Shown here: positions 54,528-64,000 of the stretch, one piece after another
Layout: each line of letters starts with the position of its first letter
How positions within the stretch are numbered: the stretch's first letter is position 1
Assembly (NCBI RefSeq): GCF_001194135.2
Contig: NC_068996.1
Coordinates: forward strand, 35,780,742-35,844,741
Reading direction: 5' to 3'
DNA length: 64,000 bases
Source of the DNA: Octopus bimaculoides
Taxonomy: Eukaryota
Translations under genes and position numbers: made by a program
The notes under the pieces: model-generated
Database searches by the model: none
What the model saw: the letters and a program-made list of their open reading frames with translations, nothing else
Told to the model about the DNA's origin: nothing

Positions 54528-55244
54528 CAATGGGCTGCTTTCAGTTTCCGTCTACTAAATTCACTCAGAAGGTTTTTCTCAACCTGTGGCTATAGTAGAA
54601 GACACTTGTCCAAGGTGCCACACAGTGGGACTGAACCCAGAACCATGTGGTTAGCAAGCAAGCTACTTACCACACAGCAACGCCTGCTATATAGAAATTA
54701 TTAATATTTGTGTCTGGTGCCCTGTGAAAAGAATGTAACAGTGATGTTCACTGAATAGTAGGCTGCTCTGCATTTATTTCAGAAGAAAGTCACAATTTGT
54801 AACTATGGGTTTGATTATTTCTTTAGTGATGTAACATTGGAAACATATAATTACATGCATGCACGCTTGTGGACACACACACACACACACAATATATATA
54901 TATTATATATATATGAATTGTAGTCATGGTTGCTGCTTGTGCCATGTAAATGACACTCATGCATTGTAGTCGTGGTCGTTGCCAGTAGCATATAAATGAC
55001 ACCCACCCGTGGATTGTAGTTGTGGTTGCTGCCAGTGTCATGTAAATGGCACCTGTGCCAGTGACACTTAAAAACACCCATTACACTTCTAGAGTGGTTG
55101 GCACTAGGAAGGTCATCCAGGTGTAGAAACCATGCCAAATCAGACTGGAACCTGGTGCAGCTCCCTGGCTCATCAGCTCCAGTTAAACTGTCTAACCCAT
55201 GCCAGTATGGAGAGTGGACGTTAAATGATGATATATATATATAA

Positions 55245-55645
55245 ACAGCTGAAACATCTAAAACTCTACTTCCTGGAGAGAAGGCGGGAGAGATATGCAG
55301 TAATATACATCTGGAAGGAATTGTGCCAAATTTTGGCATTGAAAGCTCCACCAATACCAGATGGGTTGACATTGCATAGTGTCAAATATCCCAACAATGC
55401 CATCATGCTTCAGGACCAGTTACTGCAACAGCCTGAGTTTCAGGGGCCTACAGCTTTTTAATATTCTCCCAAAGGGCCTGAGGAACCTGCACAAAATAGA
55501 TGTAGGCGTTTTTAAATCAAAGCTAGACCTCTTCCTGTCGAGAGTTCCAGATGAACCTACCTCACAGCAAGAGGTGCAAATGAGGGTAGCTACATCAAAC
55601 TCCATTCTTCACCAAGTGCCACATGTTGGAGGAGGCTCTCAGTAA
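55245..55645 (+). mobile_element. CR1-group LINE 3' fragment
   Basis: LKHLKLYFLERRRERYAVIYIWK, then SLSFRGLQLFNILPKGLRNL..FKSKLDLFLSRVPDEP..ATSNSILHQ, a typical CR1-like ORF2 C-terminus. Confidence 0.8.
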
Positions 55646-56510
55646 TAACAGTGTACCAAAATGGGGGTGTATCAGCCTGGCTGCAGCTATGAGCTGAAAC
55701 TACAGCAAAAAAAAGAAAAGAAAAGGAATATATATATATATATATATATGTATATATTCAAAAATTATGGAATGGAGTTGATAAAATCCAAGCTACATTT
55801 GTTTCACAGCTGGCAGAACCTCAGAAGTAGTAAATTATCCAAACGAGGGGTAGACTGCAAGCTACTGAGGCTAACGATACCTTGATTATATGAAGTTTAC
55901 ATTATTGTTAGGAGATCCTGTGTTAATTTGTTGGGGATTTGATTGAAATGCGCCAACCTTCTGTGCCAATAAACTACTATTGTTCCTGAAAGTTGTTTTT
56001 TTATATTTTCTATGGACTGCTCAAAGCTTACTAACTTCCTACACCTCGATCCTTGGATCTTACCTTTACGTGTATGTGTGTGTGTGTGTGTGTATGCATG
56101 CATGCTTTGTTCGTGGGCTAACAAGGTAACGAATGGTTTCATGTGAAATGATCTTAACAATTGTTCAAGCATCTCCAAAATGGAGATGAGTACCATTATC
56201 TATCAATGTGGTGTTGAGCATTCATTTTCTAACAGAATAAGTACCAGACTTTTTTAAAAAAAGTACTAGGGTTGATTTGTATGTCTAAATCTTCCAAAGT
56301 GTTGCTCCAGCATGGTCACAGATTAATGAAAGAAACAAGTAAAAGATAAACTCAAATTTTGTGAAGTCAAACATTCAAATTCAGACTTTTTAAAATATTA
56401 ATATTTTCAATATAATAAAACACTCGTATTTTGAAATGACTAGTTATTGATTAATTATAATTGTTAATTTTTGTCTCATTTTTTTTTTTGTTATTGTTAA
56501 TTTGCTTTAA

Positions 56511-56723
<213 letters not shown>

Positions 56724-57244
56724 TAGTAAGAGAGAGGTAGGGAGAGAGAGAGTGGGGAGGAAGAAGAAAGAGAAAGCAGGTTCACTGAAGACACCCAAAA
56801 TGCCAGGTGGTGGTGGTGGTAGTGGTGTTGGTGATGGTGGACCATATAATTAGTTTGTGAACCAAGAAGACCATTATAATATTTGAACTCAGAAGGCAAA
56901 GAACTGGAATAATCACTACAAGGAATCTGGTTTGGTGTTCTTATAGTTCCTCCACTCCTATTGCCTTACCTTTGGTGGTGCTTTTTTCTTAATCAACATC
57001 TCCAACATACTCCCTCTAGATGAGAGTAGCCATGCTGATCCTTCTACAAGACCCTTCCCACACACCTCTCATTCCTGAGGAATGGAACTGAATCCCTATT
57101 TCCTCACCAGCTTTCATAACCTTGTGAATTGCATGGCAATCTTAATAGTGCAAAGAATAAGTCCTGGGATCAATTTCTTTGACTAAAACACTTTTAAAGT
57201 GGTGCTCCAGCATGGCCACAGTCGAATGACTGAAACAAAAGAAC

Positions 57245-57963
57245 CCGTCAGAGTGTAAGTATCTTGAGAGAAAAGCTGAACATTAGAAGCATCAGTTGTG
57301 GTGTGCAAGAGAGACGATTGCGCTGGTATAGACATGTGGTGAGAATAGCTGCGTGAAAAAGTGCCACACCCTAACAGTTGAGGGAACCCGTGGAAGAGGT
57401 AGGCCCAGGAAGACCTGGGCTGAGGTGGTGAGGCAAGTCCTTCGTACATTGGGCCTCACCGAGGCGATGNNNNNNNNNNNNNNNNNNNNNNNNNNNNNNN
57501 NNNNNNNNNNNNNNNNNNNNNNNNNNNNNNNNNNNNNNNNNNNNNNNNNNNNNNNNNNNNNNNNNNNNNNNNNNNNNNNNNNNNNNNNNNNNNNNNNNNN
57601 NNNNNNNNNNNNNNNNNNNNNNNNNNNNNNNNNNNNNNNNNNNNNNNNNNNNNNNNNNNNNNNNNNNNNCTGGCTCCCGTAGGATTTTCGAGTGAGATCA
57701 TTGCCAGTGCCCCTGGACTGGCTTGTGCGGGTGGCACATAAAAGACACCATTTCGAGCGTGGCCGTTCTCGTGCGGGTGACACGTAAAAGCACCCACTAC
57801 ACTCTCTGAGTGGTTGGCGTTAGGAAGGGCATCCAGCTGTAGAAACTCTGCCAAATTAGATTGGAGCCTGGTGTTGCCATCTGGTTCACCAGTCCTCAGT
57901 CAAATCGTCCAACCCATGCTAGCATGGAAAGCGGACGTTAAACGATGATGATGATGATGATGA
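57245..57963 (+). mobile_element. RTE LINE 3' portion: ORF2 C-terminus, gap, 3' UTR and (GAT)n tail
   Basis: RQSVSILREKLNIRSISCGVQERRLRWYRHVVR..KKCHTLTVEGTRGRGRPRKTWAEVVRQVLRTLGLTEAM; 3' UTR as in the truncated copies. Confidence 0.85.
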
Positions 57964-58279
57964 TGAGATTTGTTACATTTGTGAAGGAAGATTAAGTTTG
58001 TTTGATATTTCTGCCAAGACACTTTGGTTTCTGAAGTTATCTCGATGGAATCTTGGGGGTTTGGTACTGGTTTTATTGTTTAGCTGCAGGTCAATTTGGA
58101 TGATGTAGAAACCATACCAAAGCAGACATTGGAACTCAATGCAGTCCTTAGACATATCAGATCCTGTTGAACTGTTCAACCCATGCCAGCATGGAACATG
58201 AATGGTAAATGATGGTGATGATAATGTCCTAAGAAGGATGAAAGGCAAATTTGACCCCATTAGGATTTGAACTCAGAAC

Positions 58280-58513
58280 CAGTGTCCAACCATTTTCTGT
58301 CTGTGAACCCCTTTGATTCCTATTCTACTCTACTGGACTCCCATAACCATTTGAAGTTTTAAAAGAATACCACTATATATTTTATAATTAATTATTATTA
58401 GGAATTCTATAAAAACAATTGTTTTTAAGTATTTTGTGCATTGTAGAAGTATAACCAATTTATTGCACATAAACTTTGGCAACAAAATCTTGGACACTGG
58501 TTAAGAACCACTG
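58280..58513. mobile_element. Possible hAT/Charlie-like MITE
   Basis: Ends cagtgtccaacc ... ggttaagaaccactg resemble CAGTGGTTCTTAACC-type TIRs; no matching TSD found. Confidence 0.4.
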
Positions 58514-59550
58514 TGCTAGACTGGCCTATGATCAAAGACGTTCCAGTTATGGCCATCTTATTTTCTTGTGGTTGAGAAGACCTGTCAAGTCAAGTGAAAT
58601 CGTAATCGCAGCCAATGTCAGTGTTTCATAACTGGCAACCATGCAAATGGCATGTAAAAAAGCACCCATTATACTCTTGGAGTGGTTGGCATTAGGAAGG
58701 TCATCCAGCTTTAGACACCATGTCAAACCAGATTGGAACCTGGTGCAACTCCCCCAGCTTACCAGTTTTCAGTCAAACCATCCAGCCTATACCAGCATGG
58801 AAAATGGACATTAGATGATGATGATGATAATGATAGTGTATTATGCTGGACTATATGATTTTTCTTTTTAAGATGGCTGTAAATTGAAGAAGGTTTTCTT
58901 GCTGTTTCTAGCGGGTCAAATAAATGTTCTGTAATTGGCTTCATTTTCTCTTGGGTTTGATACTGCCTTGCAGAATCAATTGATGCAGTTTAATATAAAT
59001 TGATGCTTTGCCATTGGCAAGAGAAATTTGGATGCAAAATAATTTTATTATAATATCTGAAGGGGGAAAAAATCAATTTTTGATTCCTGAAATAAAAAAA
59101 AATAATGTAAAATTTGAAATAAAGAAATAAAAGAAAGGAAATGTAGAAAGAAAAATGAAAAAGAAAATTCTGCTAGCATCCATAAAGCAAGATTTGTAAT
59201 ACACTGCTTTAAGATGATGGTGATGGTGGTTGTGGTGTTAGTGTTGGTTGCAGTGGTGATGATGGTGGCAACGATTGTGGTTTTTCATAAAAGATTTTGT
59301 AAAGTGAGGTGCAGGAACCTTTATGTAGTTCTTGTATCTTTTACTTGCTTCACTCATTAAACCGCGGCCATGCTGGGGCACCGCCTTGAAGAATCTTGGT
59401 CAAACGAATCGACAACAATACTAATTTCTATTTGAAGTCTGGTATTTATTCTGTCTGTCTCTCTTGCCGAAGCGCTAAGTTACGAGGCTGTAAACACACC
59501 ATCAGTTTCAAGTGGTGGGGGTGAGGGAAAACACAGACACAAAGCGCGCG

Positions 59551-59587
<37 letters not shown>

Positions 59588-61206
59588 TTATAAAAAAGAA
59601 GTTTGAAAACGCCAATATATAAATATATATATATATATATATACACACGACGGGTTTCTTTCAGTTTCCGTCTGCCAAATCCACTCACAAGGCTTCGATC
59701 AGCTTCAGGCCATAGTGGAAGACACTCGCTGAAGGTGGCATACAGTGGAATTGAACCCAGAACGCAGAACCTTGTGGTTGGAGAGAAAACCTTTTACCAC
59801 TCCGTTATCATTGAAATGAAATATTCTTTTAAATCAGCAGTAACGACTCTGGTGTAAAATATTTCAGGGGAGGTAACTTCATTGACAACAATGAACGGTT
59901 TGAAATTTCTATCTTGTTTTAGCCCATTTTAGTCCCACTAGCTGACAAAAGCCATGACCACCTCGTCTTATTTTCACACAGTATTCATGTAGTACTACAT
60001 TATATCCATTGGTATCAGTCTTTTGTTTTAAGACAGTTTGGTTTGAGTGATATTTAGCTGTTGTTTCTTGCAGGTACATTAGGCTCCTTCTGGTTGAAAA
60101 AAAAAAGAGATATAAAAATGATAATGTTAAATTTATTGTTGTTACAGTGCTCAATTGCACTACAACTCATCAGAAAAAGTAATCGAAACTGGCATAGGAA
60201 CTGTTTCAGGCGTTTCAATTCTTACTGACGCTATTTTAAAATTTGAAATGTAACTTTAAAGTTCGCGTCTCGTCTATTTACAATTGTGTGTGTGTGTGGA
60301 TCGATCCAGTTATTTCTGTTACATTAGACAAGTAGCCTAGAGTGAAATATAGTGAAGTAACTATAACTCTGAGCCGACCAAAGCCTTGTGGTTGGACTTT
60401 TAGACAGAAAGTGAAAGAAACCCGTCATGTGTGTAAATCCAGGAAAAAAAGTCAGGGATTTTGTCTGGGAGGGTGGGTGGTGTAGGTGGGTTTTGTCCGG
60501 ATCCCATAAATTGTGACTTTATTACCAGTCACCGGTATGTATGAGATTTAAGAATTAAGGTAAAGAAAATACAGTATCGAAACCTTTATTTCAGAGTAAG
60601 TCCCAGGTCGTGTGTCCGCGGAGCCCGTTCACCACTTATGGCTACCAGGCATCATGAGCGATGCTTAGCAAATATCATTGTAACAATTTCAGGGATTCCA
60701 GGATGGATGTTGGGTATATATTAAAGATAAATAGAGAAGACGGAATGTACCAACAACATTTTTTTATATTACCACAACATTTGTTTTATCTTCAAGATGC
60801 ACTGCTCCCTTGTGGGCGTGAAACGATGCAATAACACCAGGTGCAACACACAGTGCATAGAGGACACCTCAGGTGCGATAACATGGTTTTATGTTGGGAG
60901 ATTTACATTTGAGTTTCGCTGTATTGAGAGATTTTAAGTTATACAGACACACACATTCAGGTTTTTACTATAGTTTTTGCAGAAATATCTTTGATGGGAT
61001 AAGCTTCTGGCCATCTCGAGAAACGATCTATACATGTCAACAAATAAATGTTATCTTCACATGAAGTTAAGGGTCCAACTATATCGATGTGGATTTGTTG
61101 GAATAACCTCCGGTAGATACCTCCTGCAGATGGTTAATGACACAATGTGTCCAATATATTGCAAACAAGGGAGCGAACAACTTCCATCTAGCGGCGACCA
61201 GACAAG

Positions 61207-61256
<50 letters not shown>

Positions 61257-61676
61257 AGTCTCCTTGCCTTGACATTGTGCGATAGTTGTAAACGAATGTC
61301 ATTGTCGTACGGCAATGTTTTTCGTTTCCATGAAAACGTGTCTGGTTGTCACGGGGAAAATATCATAGGTGAGCATTTGTAAATGGAAGGGTATCCGGCC
61401 GTTGAAAAGCTGTTCCAACGAATTCCATCAGACTCGTGCAAGTATGGAAAAGTGAACGTTAAAAGGGCGGTGGCGACAGCAGCAAGATGATGATTTTTAT
61501 TTCAGATCTATTCTAAAGTATTCAACAATAACATGTGTATCAACATATTCGAAGTAGTAAACCGAGAAATGTTAATTTATTTAAAAATGTGAGAGCCTCG
61601 CTTTCTTGCACATTATGATGAAGCGATAAACTGTTTATCTGTTTAGGTTCTATTGGGGAAAACCAATAGAAGAAAT

Positions 61677-62512
61677 GGTGGACATTGGAATTAGACACTG
61701 AGGGAAAATGGCTGCAACTTTTTTATTTTTTAATTTTGACGACTTTCGCTTTCGATAATGTGTTCTATATGTCACGGTCATGCGATTCCCCCTAAAAAAA
61801 ATTTTGGACCCCAAATCCCCCTCCCCCCGCACACACACACACGGGNNNNNNNNNNNNNNGGGGGGGGGGGGGGTGTTTGATGATTTTCATTTTTGACATT
61901 GTGTTCTACATGTCCAGGTCGTACGAATAGCCTCGCAACTTAGATGTGAAAATGAACGGCTTACATTTATATTGAAACAGAAAAAGGATCATATGTGGAG
62001 TCCCCACTACGAAACTTGATATGCTAGAAATAACAGCTAAATGCGGACAATCCAAATCTTGCATTGGTCCAAATGGACTATATGTAAATAAATATGAAAG
62101 AAAAAATGCGCTTTGGCAAACGGGGTTAGGGTTAGGTTTTGAGTTAGGGTTAGGGTAAACCTAACCCTAACCCTGACCCTAACCCTAACCCTAACCAGAT
62201 TTGGCTGTTATTTCTAGCATGTAAATAGCCTGCTTGGTGAGGGGAGNNNNNNNNNNNNNNNNNNNNNNNNNNNNNNNNNNNNNNNNNNNNNNNNNNNNNN
62301 NNNNNNNNNNNNNNNNNNNNNNNNNNNNNNNNNNNNNNNNNNNNNNNNNNNNNNNNNNNNNNNNNNNNNNNNNNNNNNNNNNNNNNNNNTTTTTTTAGGG
62401 GAATCGCATGACCGTGACATATAGAACACATTATCGAAAACGAAAATCGCCAAAATTAAAAAATAAAAAAGTTACAGCCATTTTCCCTCAGTGTCTAATT
62501 CCAATGTCCACC
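61677..62512. mobile_element. Non-autonomous DNA transposon with >=124-bp TIRs and 8-bp TSD (Merlin-like or MULE-like), containing telomere-type repeats
   Basis: TSD GAAGAAAT at 61669-61676 and 62513-62520. TIRs 61677-61800 and 62390-62512 start GGTGGACATTGGAATTAGACACTGAGGG and differ at only a few positions. Confidence 0.85.
62122..62196. repeat. Head-to-head (TTAGGG)n/(CCCTAA)n tract
   Basis: ggggttagggttaggttttgagttagggttagggt-aaa-cctaaccctaaccctgaccctaaccctaaccctaacc. Confidence 0.9.
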
Positions 62513-63509
62513 GAAGAAATTTACTAATTTTTCAACGGAGTGGTGTTGGTCGGAGGGATAGGCGTCAGGAAACCGATAAGAGTTCCTAAAGAATCCCTAG
62601 CTAAAAGCTTGAGAATGGGTTGATCTGGAAGACTGAGAGACAAGGGAGACAACTCTGATATTTTAACTAAAACTTTAAAAATGATGATGCATTTTCCCAC
62701 CAAAACGAGTAAAACTCTGAACAAACAAATCAATATTAAAATTAGATGTATGTATACAGTACCATGTGTAATACATGGTACTGTTTGGCTACAAAGATTT
62801 TCTCCACACACTTTTAATAAGAAAATAATAATGTAATAAAGCATTATAATTTTTTAGATGATTTATTATATACCAATGCTGATCATTTTCTCCTCATCTG
62901 AATGTGAGTAGCCATGCAGCTCTACAAGAACTTGATCCCTTAGCATAAAGCTAATCCTTCTCCTTCGGATTTTGTAGTCTTGCAAGCAGCATGACAACCT
63001 TAAGTGTCGATACCGGGAGAAAGGTACCTTGTCAACACTGTAAAGTTGTTGGTTTCAGGAAAGGTAAGCAGTTGTAGAAATCATGCCAAAGCAGACAGTG
63101 GAGTACGAAACTGTCCTTGAACCCATCGGATCCTGTCAAACCCATGCCAGTATGGAACATAGACGTTAAATGATAATGATAAAAATTAAATACAAAAAAC
63201 TAATATACTGGATTATAATAATCTACTATTGTAGCAGTTATGTATTATTTGTGACATGGTATTATAAAGTTCTTAAGTAAAATGAGGTCCCAGCAGTTGA
63301 GATGAGTGGAATGGTTACAAAGTTATTGTTGCAATTATGAGGTCTTTGTTCATTAATACTGTGTGGCACATTGAATAAGTGTCCTTCCCTCTGTTAGCCA
63401 TGGGTCAGTGTAAGTATTGGTGAGAATTGGTTGACAGAAAATGTATGGAAGTTAGAGTGGTGTATTGGTAATTGAAAAGGTACAGCCTTGTGACATCATT
63501 GTATCACAC

Positions 63510-63930
63510 TGACTCATCATAATCATTTTGATGTTCACTTTTCCATGCTTGCATGGGTTGGACAGAATTTATTGAGGCAAATCTTCTACAGCTAGATGCC
63601 TTTTCTGTTGCCAACCCTCACCTGTTTCCAAGCAAGGTAAAATATCTCCCCACGGCCAGACATATTTATTGCAGAATATTGGAAATGAATGATACTGCTT
63701 TCACAACACTGGTACTTCTTTACAATTATCATGTTATGTTAAGACAAGAAGACACAAACATGCATGCACACACACAACAGGTTTTTTTTCAGTTTCCATC
63801 TACTAAATTGACTCACAAAGCCCAGAACTACAGTTGGAGACATTTTTCCAAAGTGCCTTGCAGTGGGACTGAACTTGGAACCATGTGGTAGAGAAGCAAG
63901 TTTCTCAACTGCACAACCAAGCCTGTGCCT
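63510..63930 (-). mobile_element. Chimeric SINE: family C tRNA head plus RTE-derived 3' tail
   Basis: On the minus strand the family C head and gtgagt..gtagatggaaactgaaa body continue into ttggaaacaggtgagggttggcaac..cccatgcaagcatggaaaagtgaac(gat)n. Similar copies at ~17750-18110, 36640-37020 and 52590-52790. Confidence 0.75.
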
Positions 63931-64000
63931 AATTCATCATTACTATTTAACGTCTGCTTTCCATGCTGGCATGGGTTAGATGGTTTGACTGAAACTGTTA

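Noticed and set aside
58930-59080. Strong minus-strand acceptor-like site (tttttttatttcag) near 59075 and a possible donor near 60220
   Set aside because: No sustained ORF or matching downstream donor; such tracts are common in this AT-rich DNA.
60141-60173. Minus-strand CTGATGA followed by a hairpin, as a second hammerhead
   Set aside because: No GAAA box after the hairpin and no helix I partner.
62122-62196. Ancestral chromosome end-to-end fusion site
   Set aside because: The tract is only ~75 bp and lies inside an element with TIRs and a TSD, so transposon carriage explains it better.

Overview
AT-rich, repeat-dense metazoan genomic DNA with nine N gaps. The repeat families, microsatellite load and intron sizes suggest an octopus; this is an inference. 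The only protein-coding gene I can support is spastin (SPAST) on the + strand. Seven GT-AG exons (10612-56600) join in frame and encode most of the MIT domain, the linker and the start of the AAA ATPase through Walker A (GPPGNGKT). The first exon and all exons after Walker A were not found in the window. The introns hold tRNA-derived SINEs, 3' ends of RTE LINEs, two R4/Dong-like elements in (TAA)n, a near full-length decayed mariner, CR1 and Penelope fragments, piggyBac-type (TTAA) and hAT-type MITEs, and many microsatellites. Best second-look items: (1) an 836-bp element with long TIRs and an 8-bp TSD carrying head-to-head TTAGGG/CCCTAA tracts; (2) a CpG-rich candidate antisense exon with a perfect donor inside a SPAST intron; (3) a ~3.8-kb CpG-retaining domain in an otherwise CpG-depleted gene body; (4) a decayed minimal hammerhead-ribozyme motif; (5) a SINE that seems to share the (TAA)n target of the Dong-like LINE. 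None is proven novel from sequence alone.
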